A stretch of 32,000 nucleotides of DNA from Ignicoccus islandicus DSM 13165 (GTDB lineage: Archaea > Thermoproteota > Thermoprotei_A > Sulfolobales > Ignicoccaceae). Numbering within the stretch: the stretch's first letter is position 1; the number at the start of each line of letters is the position of its first letter. The stretch covers positions 1,320,001 through 1,352,000 of the forward strand of contig NZ_CP006867.1 of NCBI RefSeq assembly GCF_001481685.1. Direction: 5' to 3'. The notes under the pieces were generated by a model. The model was given only the letters and a program-made list of their open reading frames with translations, was not told the DNA's origin and did no database searches. The position numbers were made by a program, and so were the translations under genes. Of the stretch, positions 1 to 8,406 are shown one piece after another.

Positions 1-234
1 TAGTAACGGTTCGCCTCCAGTAATTTTTACGTCCTCTGCACCTAACTTGCGTGCTATTCGTGCTATAATTGAGAATTCATACCATTCCAGTTCATCTTTT
101 ATAAGACCATCTATCCCTTCTCTATGACAGAAGAAACAATTGAAGTTGCAAGCGTAAGTTATAGATATTCTCAATGATTTAAAGGGTCGTCCATATGAAT
201 CGTAAAGTACGTTTATGTTATCATTTAGTTCAAT
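1..234 (-). CDS. moaA: GTP 3',8-cyclase MoaA-like radical SAM enzyme, N-terminal fragment (gene continues past window start)
   Basis: Minus-strand translation reads ...AIELNDNINVLYDSYGRPFKSLRISITYACNFNCFFCHREGIDGLIKDELEWYEFSIIARIARKLGAEDVKITGGEPLL. It has DxxGRP-x4-LRIS, a CxxxCxxC cluster motif and the GGEP motif in MoaA order. It is absent from the ORF track because no in-frame ATG/GTG/TTG precedes the conserved N-terminus. The 5' end is uncertain (see finding). Confidence 0.7.
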   Translation of the reverse strand, partial: MELNDNINVLYDSYGRPFKSLRISITYACNFNCFFCHREGIDGLIKDELEWYEFSIIARIARKLGAEDVKITGGEPLL

Positions 235-291
235 TGCTAGGACCCCATCGTAATTCGATGAGATATTTAGAAGTTTTTAGTAACATTGCTA

Positions 292-768
292 CTACTTTAC
301 ACTTATAAAGTACGTCTCAATGAAAGCTGCGATCAATAAATATAATATGCCTTTCAGAAAGGATCTCTTACTTCCTTTGAGAGCTAAGGCGTATGCGTAA
401 AGTTCCAAAATTGTATGGGCACCTAATATGACCGATAAAGGGTAACTTTTCGAAATATGCCTAGCCACTAATGCAGTAATGGTTATTACGTATCCTAAAT
501 AGAGCTCCTTAAGTAAGGCAGTTAAGGTTAATACAAGGAAATTGTTTGTGAAAATCTTCACATAGATCTCAAGAGCACTACCAACGATTAAATTCTCGAT
601 GCGTTCGTACGCCATCCTCGAAAGGAATGTTTCACATCTCCCTATTGATGCTACTGCTGCTATCGTAACCCATTCAACCAAAGTTATCTTCAAAGGATCC
701 AACTTCCTTAATCGAAGACCGTAGTATATGAGAGATACCGTGATGGGCACTAGTTCACAGAGTATCAA
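292..768 (-). CDS. hypothetical integral membrane protein (about 5 hydrophobic segments)
   Basis: 158-aa ORF rich in long hydrophobic stretches. Its TTG start lies 4 nt after the stop of the upstream ORF and it is co-directional with moaA, so an operon is likely. No family recognised. Confidence 0.5.
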   Translation of the reverse strand: MILCELVPITVSLIYYGLRLRKLDPLKITLVEWVTIAAVASIGRCETFLSRMAYERIENLIVGSALEIYVKIFTNNFLVLTLTALLKELYLGYVITITALVARHISKSYPLSVILGAHTILELYAYALALKGSKRSFLKGILYLLIAAFIETYFISVK

Positions 769-771
769 CTA

Positions 772-1194
772 TCATCCACCATATGGAACTAATAAGAGGA
801 TTCCCTCTCGAATTGCCTTGTTTAAAGATGAGGTTTCAATGTAAACGGATATTGGAAGCCATGGTTCTGGTGTAAAACCAGATAAGGAATATGATAAGGT
901 AATCCATCCGTTCGTATACTTCACTTCTTTGATACTTCGATTAGTACTAACTAACTTCAACATAGTAGGGCATTCATATAGAATTGAGTATGCTCTCGTC
1001 CCCCATACGTGATATCCCCAGCCTTTGCAATTTCCATATACTCTGATAGAAGGATCGTGTTCTACTATAATACATTTCTTCTCATCATTTTCCAATAGGA
1101 TGGAAACTATCTCAACGTCTTCTTTACCTTCTAACATCTTCTCTATTTTGATATGACGACAGTTTCCCTTACTCTTTCCCTTTAACATAATCAA
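772..1194 (-). CDS. hypothetical protein ending in a C-terminal diglycine (possible ThiS/MoaD-like beta-grasp tail)
   Basis: 140-aa ORF ending ...AIREGILLLVPYGG followed directly by TGA. It is the first gene of the apparent 1194->1 minus-strand operon that ends in moaA. Confidence 0.45.
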   Translation of the reverse strand: MIMLKGKSKGNCRHIKIEKMLEGKEDVEIVSILLENDEKKCIIVEHDPSIRVYGNCKGWGYHVWGTRAYSILYECPTMLKLVSTNRSIKEVKYTNGWITLSYSLSGFTPEPWLPISVYIETSSLNKAIREGILLLVPYGG

Positions 1195-1242
1195 TGGACA
1201 CCAACCAAAATCAATAAGTTCATAATATTAAGGCAATAACGC

Positions 1243-2097
1243 ATGTCCTTTAAGGGTACAACTGATTTGCCATGGCTTAGCATCAGAGATAAAGACGACG
1301 AGGATATACCGGTTCCGTATCCGTTTATAACCAAAATGGGTGTCAGTGATCTCTATATAATAGTACTTAAAATAGATCTAAACGTCTATACGCAACTAAT
1401 AAGATCGTTACTAGACTACTTGTACAACAAAGGTGTTGATGTAATTCATATAGTTAGAGGTAACATCGATGCTAAGAGTAAGTCGATTACGTATATATTA
1501 TTGGTAAATATGAAAAACGCCACAACGAACATCGAGGCACTGAAAGAGGATCTACGAAAGATAGATGGAGTAAAGAAGGTTATAGTCGGTAGCGAAAGAT
1601 TGTCCGACATACTGTTATTTCCAAACGCATTCCCTATCTTTACTTTCGAAAGAAGCATAATAATTCCATTGACAATGATTAAAGCGTTCTTTAACGCAAT
1701 AGCTGCCTACTTCAAACAACCGGCATTAGCCGCGAGCACATTATATCAACTTGGATTTAGAATAGGGTTTTCGCTCACTGAATTCTTAAGCGAAACGAGT
1801 GGTCATACAGGCGAAGTGCTATTGAGGGACGTTTTGGATTTCCTAAAAGCACAAGGCATAGGGTCCTTCGAATACAAGGCGAGAAATCTGGGGACACCTA
1901 AAGGTGAAATCATTATAAAAATGACGCATGGCATAGAAACTGCTGCTTCAAACTTGCCAGCGCCTAGATGTCATCTAACTAGAGGCATATTGAGTGGGGT
2001 TTCTAGCTACATTTTGAAGAGCTATGTTCCAATGCAAGAAATTAAATGCGTTGCAAAAGGCGATAAGTATTGTCTATTCGCAACAGTTAGGAAGTAA
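1243..2097 (+). CDS. V4R (4-vinyl reductase) domain protein
   Basis: The C-terminus reads ...APRCHLTRGILSGVSSYIL...EIKCVAKGDKYCLFATV. This matches the V4R pattern C-x3-G-x2-G ... E-x-x-C-x-x-x-G-D-x-x-C-x-F. The N-terminal ~150 aa are unassigned. Confidence 0.6.
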   Translation: MSFKGTTDLPWLSIRDKDDEDIPVPYPFITKMGVSDLYIIVLKIDLNVYTQLIRSLLDYLYNKGVDVIHIVRGNIDAKSKSITYILLVNMKNATTNIEALKEDLRKIDGVKKVIVGSERLSDILLFPNAFPIFTFERSIIIPLTMIKAFFNAIAAYFKQPALAASTLYQLGFRIGFSLTEFLSETSGHTGEVLLRDVLDFLKAQGIGSFEYKARNLGTPKGEIIIKMTHGIETAASNLPAPRCHLTRGILSGVSSYILKSYVPMQEIKCVAKGDKYCLFATVRK

Positions 2098-2485
2098 CTT
2101 GTTCGCGGAACCTTCCTTTGAGGTTCAAAAATTCCTCCATCTTCTCTACAGTTACGTCACTGAGACCGTGTTCCATATAACACGCATCGCTCTCTGCATA
2201 CTTCTCAGGTACATTTAACACCTCTATTAGGAATCTCTTTATGGTGTCAAACTTTCTCTCTATTTCCTTTGCCTTGTTGATGCCATCTATCGTAAGCTCA
2301 ACAATACCGTTCTGGTACGAAACAAGACCTTCTTTAGAAAGCTTATTTAAATACTCTATCACCGTCGGTAACTTCACTTTCATGTAATCGGCTATGTCCT
2401 TTGCTGAGACTACGTTCTTCTTCTTCTTTAGTCTGTATATAACCTTTATGTAATCTTCGTACCTCTTTCCGTATGCCGCCCTCAA
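2087..2485 (-). CDS. DtxR/MntR-family metal-dependent transcriptional repressor (HTH plus dimerisation domain, no SH3-like domain)
   Basis: YEDYIKVIYRL...VSAKDIADYMKVKLPTVIEYLNKLSKEGLV...ELTIDGINKAKEIERKFDTIKRFL...ESDACYMEHGLSD is the typical DtxR N-terminal wHTH plus metal-site helix. Confidence 0.8.
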   Translation of the reverse strand: MRAAYGKRYEDYIKVIYRLKKKKNVVSAKDIADYMKVKLPTVIEYLNKLSKEGLVSYQNGIVELTIDGINKAKEIERKFDTIKRFLIEVLNVPEKYAESDACYMEHGLSDVTVEKMEEFLNLKGRFREQVTS

Positions 2486-2784
2486 TCTCGTATCCTCTTC
2501 ATTACACTCTCAACCTTTCGATCCATTTTAAGCTCTTTGTCAGATCTGTAATCTATTCGTATTACAAAAACTACCCTCTTAATACCCCTAGCCTCCATTC
2601 TCTTCCTTATTTCATCCAAGACGTCTGAGATCTGGCTAAAATTATCTATTTCGAAGACTGTTGCCATAGGTGTAACCTTGAAATTTAATCCCTTGTCTCT
2701 TAGCACCTTAACTGCTTCCGCGACATATTCTGAAACGCTCGGGGAACCAGTTCCTAGTGGTAGCACTTGTATCTCTACAATCAT
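2482..2784 (-). CDS. MTH1187/YkoF-family (DUF77) small protein
   Basis: From the internal Met the product reads MIVEIQVLPLGTGSPSVSEYVAEAVKVLRDKGLNFKVTPMATVFE..., the hallmark N-terminus of the ~100-aa MTH1187 family. The ORF-track start at 2877 adds 31 hydrophobic, non-conserved residues, so I shortened it. There is a 4-nt overlap with the DtxR gene. Confidence 0.7.
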   Translation of the reverse strand: MIVEIQVLPLGTGSPSVSEYVAEAVKVLRDKGLNFKVTPMATVFEIDNFSQISDVLDEIRKRMEARGIKRVVFVIRIDYRSDKELKMDRKVESVMKRIRD

Positions 2785-2875
2785 CGAAGCTTCCCCTAGA
2801 GTTGTATTGAGGAAAGTAAAAAGCACTAGTTTCAGGTACGTGGATAAGGGTATCGAAGCAAAGAAATTAGTAGGC

Positions 2876-3592
2876 ATGAGGAAAAATCTTCATAGACCAC
2901 CAAGTGGCCAAGAAGTTACTGGGGTATTCGGAGTGGTAAAACTGAAAGTTAAAGTTGTGAGTTGGGGAGAAGTCGTAAGATGGAGTAACGAGCTAGCTTT
3001 CGTAATAATGGACTCAGGATATAAGCCGGACGTAATAGTCGCCATAGCTCGAGGCGGGTTAGTACCAGCAAGGCTATTAGCTGATTACATGGACGTAATT
3101 GACGTCCTATCTCTAAAGGTTGAGCACTGGATTGAAACAGGCTCCCATCAGGAAGAAGCGGTAATAAAGTACGAGACGAAAGATATTGACTTAAGCGATA
3201 AAAAGGTCTTAATAGTAGATGATATCTGCGATACTGGAAAGAGTTTATCTGTAGCTAAGGAGTTCGTAATTAAAAACTGGAAGGCTAGGGAAGTAAAGCT
3301 AGCAACGTTCCAATATATAGAACCAGTTGCACAAATTAAACCTGACTTCTACGTAGATCTGGTAAAGGATTGGACATGGTACATGTATCCGTGGAATTAC
3401 GTTGAGGACATGGTTAATTTAGTTAAAAAGATGTTAAAGGAAGAAGGTGAATTGAGCCTACAAGAAATTACCGTAAAATTCAAGGAATGGTATAACATAA
3501 CTCCCCCATTATCGATTGCCGAAACGGTCCATATAATGGAATACCGTGGCCTAATTAATAAGGTCAATGGGAAGTACGTACTAGTAAAGTGA
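2876..3592 (+). CDS. purine phosphoribosyltransferase (type I PRTase) with C-terminal extension
   Basis: PDVIVAIARGGLVPARLLADYMDV plus the PRPP loop VLIVDDICDTGKSL. The track start (2678) would run antisense through the neighbouring gene. In-frame ATG at 2876 or GTG at 2933 is more plausible. Confidence 0.8.
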   Translation: MRKNLHRPPSGQEVTGVFGVVKLKVKVVSWGEVVRWSNELAFVIMDSGYKPDVIVAIARGGLVPARLLADYMDVIDVLSLKVEHWIETGSHQEEAVIKYETKDIDLSDKKVLIVDDICDTGKSLSVAKEFVIKNWKAREVKLATFQYIEPVAQIKPDFYVDLVKDWTWYMYPWNYVEDMVNLVKKMLKEEGELSLQEITVKFKEWYNITPPLSIAETVHIMEYRGLINKVNGKYVLVK

Positions 3593-3641
3593 ATCTAGTT
3601 AAGACCTTTACACTTTTTCACATCTACGGGTAGACTTTACG

Positions 3642-4709
3642 TTGGTCGAAAGTGATTTCTATATAGTTGGTGGAGGCCCAGCTGGTATAGCAGCTGCGTA
3701 TTTCCTTTCTCAGAAAGGGTTTAAAGTAGAGGTATTTGAAGCCAAGAAAGTATTAGGAAAGAAGCCTTGTGGTGGCGGTGTTCCCGATGAAATAAACAAA
3801 TTGATTCCATTACAACCTAGGAGTATTTTACAAGAAGTTTATGGAATGGAAATTTACTACGAAGACAACTTGATCGGTATGTGGGAAACTAATAGACCTA
3901 TATTCTATGTAATAGATAGGACAATATATTTGGAGAGTTTAGTAAAGGACTTAGATATAGTCGTTAATAAGAACTCTCCGGTCAAAATAAGTAACAATGT
4001 ATTCATAAGTAAAAAAGGAAGACTCGATCCGAACAAGGTAATCGTTGCAACTGGTGTTTCATGGAGATTAAGAGAGCGAGATATGGTTGCACAGACGCTT
4101 CAATACGTCCTAGATGACGTGAAGCTAGATAACCCTCATCACATGAAATTCCTATTCTATAGAGATTTAGTAGGATACGCTTGGATATTCCCACTTGGAG
4201 AAAAAAAGGTTGAAGTGGGTATAGGTTCCCTTAACAAGAGCTTAGGTTACATGGAAGAGAGATTAAGAGAAATCATTAAGAGAAACAACTTCAATGAAGG
4301 AAAAGTAGAGAAACGGGAAGGTGCACCAATAGATATGGGTGGCTTAAAACCGGACTGGGGTGGAAACGGACCTTATGTAGTAGGTGAAGCCATAGGCGCT
4401 GTTATGCCACTCACGGGTGAAGGAATAAGACCGAGTATCATCACTTCATCTCTCTTAGCCCACAGCATTGAGAGAGGTAGTGATTATGTGAAGACTCTGA
4501 AGAACTCGGACTTGTTCAAAGCCACCAAACTCCAAAGGAAGATCCTTGAGAAGGTCTACAAGAATGGAGTATCAATTCCGTTAGAGGGAGTTCAACTAGA
4601 ACCCAGAACAGTTGAATTAATCTACAGGTTAGGCATGGGCAAAATGGATCTAAAAACGTTATTCCATATAGCTAGAAAGTTACCGTCGTTATTTATGGGC
4701 CTTATCTAA
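3642..4709 (+). CDS. geranylgeranyl-reductase-family FAD-dependent oxidoreductase
   Basis: N-terminal dinucleotide fold DFYIVGGGPAGIAAAYFLSQKGFKVEVFE, then the KKPCGGGV motif typical of digeranylgeranylglycerophospholipid-reductase relatives, and GEAIGAVMPLTGEGI near the C-terminus. TTG start. Confidence 0.75.
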   Translation: MVESDFYIVGGGPAGIAAAYFLSQKGFKVEVFEAKKVLGKKPCGGGVPDEINKLIPLQPRSILQEVYGMEIYYEDNLIGMWETNRPIFYVIDRTIYLESLVKDLDIVVNKNSPVKISNNVFISKKGRLDPNKVIVATGVSWRLRERDMVAQTLQYVLDDVKLDNPHHMKFLFYRDLVGYAWIFPLGEKKVEVGIGSLNKSLGYMEERLREIIKRNNFNEGKVEKREGAPIDMGGLKPDWGGNGPYVVGEAIGAVMPLTGEGIRPSIITSSLLAHSIERGSDYVKTLKNSDLFKATKLQRKILEKVYKNGVSIPLEGVQLEPRTVELIYRLGMGKMDLKTLFHIARKLPSLFMGLI

Positions 4710-4814
4710 TACAATCATTTAGTAAAAGGATGTCTATGAATAATAGCAAAAGTGCGATGGGGAGTAGCGTTTTAGTACATTTTTTATGTTTCGATCCATG
4801 GGAGATTCAACGGA

Positions 4815-5267
4815 ATGAAAGAGCTAGATGAGACCGACAAGAAGATCTTGATGAAGCTACAAGAAAACGCAAGAATTTCTTATTCGAAAATAGCGAAGGA
4901 GCTTAACTTAAGTGAATCAACAATACATCATAGGATAAGACGTCTCAAAGAAATTGGTATAATAAAGGGGTTTAGAACTCTACTCGATCCTGATAAGATA
5001 GGGCTTCATGTATCGGCTTTCGTATTACTCAAAACCGATCCACACCACCACAGTGAAGCTCTAGAGAAAATTACACGCATTAAGGGCGTTTACGAAGTGT
5101 ATGATGTGACCGGAGAATATTCCGGATTAGTAAAGGTCATGGTTCGTAGTCGTGAAGAACTAGCTGAGGTCCTAGATGAAATAGGGAAAATTGATGGTGT
5201 ACTTCATACGTATACTTTGGTTGTACTTAAAGTTATATCGCAGAAGGAAACAATAGAATTAGATTAA
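4815..5267 (+). CDS. Lrp/AsnC-family transcriptional regulator
   Basis: LDETDKKILMKLQENARISYSKIAKELNLSESTIHHRIRRLKEIGIIKGF followed by a RAM/ACT-like effector domain. A T-rich/TATA-like stretch lies about 28 nt upstream of the ATG. Confidence 0.9.
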   Translation: MKELDETDKKILMKLQENARISYSKIAKELNLSESTIHHRIRRLKEIGIIKGFRTLLDPDKIGLHVSAFVLLKTDPHHHSEALEKITRIKGVYEVYDVTGEYSGLVKVMVRSREELAEVLDEIGKIDGVLHTYTLVVLKVISQKETIELD

Positions 5268-6466
5268 CGAAGCTTAGCTACTTTCCGATTTAGTGATACA
5301 CGTGTTATCAAGTAAATTACTAATTCACCTTTCTCAAAACCGCGAACGTATGCGTCGTATGGGATTGTGGTGTGAGAATCTCTCTCCATGACGACAGCAA
5401 CCTCTCTGTTCAGTCCCAATTTCTTAAGCAACTTGTCTACTGTGATCCAGCGGTTCGCTTCAACGAAGCTCCATGTCACGAAGCCTTGTCCAATTATAGG
5501 AATATTTCCATCCTTACTCAGATAATCGATAGTTGGTTCTAACTCAGCTATTCTAAGACCTAATTCGCGTGCTTTTCTTCGAAGGTGACACGCCGGGCAA
5601 ATATCTCCGTAAGATATGGACCCACAATACTTGCACCTTTTAATAGATTCGAGATCTTTCTCTAATTTTATACTTTCCCCTAATCTTTGGAGGTTCCTTA
5701 GAGTTCTCAGCTTAATCGAAGGGTGTTCGACCTCTATTTCGTGCATGAAGTTCCTTATCCTGTCTGCGAAGAGTATACCTACGTCGTATAAGGGACACCT
5801 CTCTTTGATCCATTCGAGTCTCTTATTTATCGCGAAGGCTAGGACGTCTCGTTCATATATCCAGAAAAGCGGCTTTACGCGTCCTAGAGCACCTGGCAGA
5901 GGTTCTTCAATAGCTGTAATCTTCCTCAGGTTCTCAATATCGGATGAAAGCAATGAGGTTAGGCCGACTTGAAGCATATCGTCTAGGTTATGTCCCGTTG
6001 AAACGTATCTATAACCTAGTCTAGTCCCTACCAAGTTTATTGCATGATTTCGTATTAGAGAACACAAACCACAAGGTTTTCTCTTAAGTTCACGATAGTG
6101 AAGTGCTGTAAACCCATATACATCGAACGCGTGAACAGTTACGTGTTCTATTCCGAGTTCTTGGGAATACTTTGCGGAAACCTTGGCTTCTAGCGTAGTG
6201 TACTTGGGAACAGTATCCACGGTTACAGACTTTAAATCTTCAATTTCACCCCTTTCCTTCAGCTTACTTAACAGATAGATCATTGTCAAACTATCTTTGC
6301 CGCCCGAGGTAGCAACGAGGATTCTCTTCGGTAACTTAATTCTCTTTACCCTCTTTATAAGAAATTCTTCGAAATGGTCCTTACATAGTCGTAGCTTAGC
6401 ATAGGGTAATGTTACAACCGCTTCTTTAGAACACAGACTACATTTCGGGCGGCGTACCTCTACCAT
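5264..6466 (-). CDS. TtuA/NcsA-like PP-loop ATP pyrophosphatase (predicted tRNA thiolase) with ~95-aa C-terminal extension
   Basis: Zn-finger 1 is CSLC...CKDH and the PP-loop is VATSGGKDS. Fe-S ligand candidates are PCGLCSLIR and ERCPL, followed by GHNLDD. Zn-finger 2 is CKYCGS...CPACH. An extra tail follows residue ~300. Confidence 0.75.
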   Translation of the reverse strand: MVEVRRPKCSLCSKEAVVTLPYAKLRLCKDHFEEFLIKRVKRIKLPKRILVATSGGKDSLTMIYLLSKLKERGEIEDLKSVTVDTVPKYTTLEAKVSAKYSQELGIEHVTVHAFDVYGFTALHYRELKRKPCGLCSLIRNHAINLVGTRLGYRYVSTGHNLDDMLQVGLTSLLSSDIENLRKITAIEEPLPGALGRVKPLFWIYERDVLAFAINKRLEWIKERCPLYDVGILFADRIRNFMHEIEVEHPSIKLRTLRNLQRLGESIKLEKDLESIKRCKYCGSISYGDICPACHLRRKARELGLRIAELEPTIDYLSKDGNIPIIGQGFVTWSFVEANRWITVDKLLKKLGLNREVAVVMERDSHTTIPYDAYVRGFEKGELVIYLITRVSLNRKVAKLR

Positions 6467-8004
6467 ACTATTTCAGCTAATACGCTCCTGCTGTGATGCC
6501 TTTTTACTTCCACGCTTATCCACGAGTATTTCTCTAATTCCTGGGGTATTTCGACAGTTATTGGGTAACTTCCGGGTTGACGACCGTAACTAACGCCCCG
6601 CTCAACTTTTTCAATAACGACGTTTACCAATTTCGTCCCTATTGGTACGACCTTCCTCAACATCTCTTCTTGCCACTTCAAGACATACTTGCGGAAACTT
6701 TCGTAACCCTTAGCTATACGTGGTTTCTTAATCATATATGAGACTTTCGTCCCTTCAATTATTGAAAGCTTCCTAAGGTTAACTCTTCTGACGAGTAAGC
6801 CTTTCCTCTCAATTCGTCTCAGAAGTTCTTTATTAAACTCCCATGTCTCCTTACTCTCGCCCGGCAATCCTGCAATGAAATTTATACCCGGAAGCAAATG
6901 AGGTAATCCATTCCATCCTCTTTTTCTTCCTATTTCATTAATTACCTCTATTGCAAAAATGGCTTGATCGATGTCTACTTTGAGGTTATTCAGCTTTACT
7001 ACTTTTGGATCAACGCTCTCTATTCCTAAAGCCGCTACGTCTCCAGGTGTGTGATACTCAACGATCGTCTTTAATGCCCTTCTGGAGAGGTCGGGCCATT
7101 CGTATATAGTCCTTGGATTGACGTTATCAATATGCAAAGTGATAAGGGAAGGTGCTACGTTACGTATGCCATTAAAGAGTTGTGTGAGGAGCCGTATGTT
7201 CGGTTTAGGCCATTCGTTAACGCCTAGTTCAGGAGAGCCGTAGACAAGTATGTCACTTTGTCTACCGAGTCGGAAGTTCCTGACTCCCAACTTGTAAGCG
7301 TTCTCAACTTCCTTGACTATATCGTATATAGGTCTGACCAATGGCTTGCCGTATTGCGGATCAATACAAAAGCTGCATCCTCCACTTACCCATCGAGCAC
7401 ATCCACGATAAGTTTCTATTTCAAGCGTTAAGTTACCTATATTCATATTAGGATGTTGTAGGACTATTTCGGTTCCTCTAATCAATGCTTTACTACGTAG
7501 ATAGTAACTTTCCCTTGGATCGAGAGAGCTTATTCTATCAATTCCGTACTTAGCAGCTTGATAGAACCAAGGCGCGAGATCACCTCTAATAATAATGAAA
7601 TCCTCGTCAATAATTTCCGTTCTCTTCCCACCAATTCCGCCAATCCCATAAGTAGTTATTGGGCCTCCTAAAGCTATTGGAGAGTTGGACCAGAGCTTCA
7701 GTAACCTAAGTTCTTCCACATCCCTTAAAGGTTCGCCTCCAAGATATCTTCCAGGGACTAAAGCTCCAGCAACGACTAAAGTAAGGTCAACCTTTCCGGA
7801 AAGTTCAACGAAAAGACTCCTATTGCTCCTTACTTGATCTATCGTTAAGTAGTATACAGTCGAGTATTTATCGGCCAATTTCATTGCACCGTAAACTTCT
7901 CTTGAATAGACGTCCAAGTACGGTGGAACTCCTAGACCAGCTGGTTCGTCAGTGTAACCGTCCACTATTAGGAGTCGCCTTAGCTTCATTTCGTTGATGA
8001 CCAC
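6460..8004 (-). CDS. radical SAM protein with N-terminal Rossmann/B12-binding-like domain
   Basis: ETYRGCARWVSGGCSFCIDP cluster motif (spacing Cx7Cx2C) and LGGEPL glycine motif. There is a 7-nt overlap with the downstream PP-loop gene. Confidence 0.75.
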   Translation of the reverse strand: MVINEMKLRRLLIVDGYTDEPAGLGVPPYLDVYSREVYGAMKLADKYSTVYYLTIDQVRSNRSLFVELSGKVDLTLVVAGALVPGRYLGGEPLRDVEELRLLKLWSNSPIALGGPITTYGIGGIGGKRTEIIDEDFIIIRGDLAPWFYQAAKYGIDRISSLDPRESYYLRSKALIRGTEIVLQHPNMNIGNLTLEIETYRGCARWVSGGCSFCIDPQYGKPLVRPIYDIVKEVENAYKLGVRNFRLGRQSDILVYGSPELGVNEWPKPNIRLLTQLFNGIRNVAPSLITLHIDNVNPRTIYEWPDLSRRALKTIVEYHTPGDVAALGIESVDPKVVKLNNLKVDIDQAIFAIEVINEIGRKRGWNGLPHLLPGINFIAGLPGESKETWEFNKELLRRIERKGLLVRRVNLRKLSIIEGTKVSYMIKKPRIAKGYESFRKYVLKWQEEMLRKVVPIGTKLVNVVIEKVERGVSYGRQPGSYPITVEIPQELEKYSWISVEVKRHHSRSVLAEIVW

Positions 8005-8018
8005 GTGAGGGTACGAAA

Positions 8019-8297
8019 ATGAAGGGTAAAATAGTCAGAGATAAAATACCTCTACAAGTACCGGGACAGTACAGAAAATGTACATCGGATGAAGAAATAT
8101 TGTATTTAGCAAGAAAATTGGTCGAGGAAGGAATAGAATTTCTCATATCATTAGATCCCGTAGAGCTAGCCGATGTATACGAAGTACTTTATGAAATAAC
8201 GAAAAGAATTAATGTGGATATAGGAGAACTTAGGAAGCAAAAAGCTTCGGAGAAGGGAAATATGGTAAACCTTTGGTGCACAGAAGAGCAGCCGTAA
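8019..8297 (+). CDS. MazG-like / PRA-PH-like all-alpha NTP pyrophosphohydrolase
   Basis: The N-terminus KIVRDKIPLQ..., then LARKLVEEGIEFL...ELADVYEVLYEI, resembles the KLVRDKIP...EE..E...E.ADV pattern of this small family. Confidence 0.55.
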   Translation: MKGKIVRDKIPLQVPGQYRKCTSDEEILYLARKLVEEGIEFLISLDPVELADVYEVLYEITKRINVDIGELRKQKASEKGNMVNLWCTEEQP

Positions 8298-8406
8298 ATT
8301 CTTACAGATTTACAATTTAATTTTCTATTTATACCTAGCCTTATTATAGTACCTTGAGTGTAATGCTCACGAAGTAACGCATTGCACAGGATGAGGTGAA
8401 TGCTGG

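Noticed and set aside
2785-2877. 31-codon N-terminal extension of the MTH1187-family ORF (track start 2877), and the 2678 start of the PRTase ORF
   Set aside because: Each extension runs antisense through the neighbouring gene's real 5' region and encodes hydrophobic, non-conserved sequence. The conserved family N-termini begin at the internal starts (2784, and 2876 or 2933).
4731-4832. 33-codon ORF MSMNNSKSAMGSS... overlapping the Lrp start
   Set aside because: It overlaps the Lrp promoter and start codon and has no conservation signal I can see. It is probably fortuitous.
5616-5972. 118-aa plus-strand ORF, and similar antisense ORFs at 1446-1658, 4003-4194, 7949-8146, 8189-8416, 9334-9537, 13149-13403, 14558-14749, 15211-15438, 15878-16063, 16208-16414, 16667-16914, 17039-17332, 18103-18516, 18586-18825, 20333-20923, 21515-22354, 24514-24732, 25757-25942, 26248-26454, 27063-27767 and 28265-28919
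   Set aside because: All lie wholly or mostly antisense to, or out of frame within, ORFs that carry clear conserved motifs. Their products are low-complexity (S/L/F/I-rich), as expected from reading AT-rich coding DNA in the wrong frame. No recognisable motifs.
7730-7740. 11-nt identity (GGTTCGCCTCC) with positions 8-18
   Set aside because: It is explained by both loci encoding the radical-SAM GGEP glycine motif on the minus strand. It is not a dispersed repeat.
8358-8387. Hairpin GTGTAATGC-n12-GCATTGCAC (9-bp stem with one G-U) between the MazG-like gene and the 8407 ORF
   Set aside because: It is a short isolated stem in AT-rich intergenic DNA with no flanking T-tract or recognisable RNA motif. 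It could be chance and is not worth a feature call.
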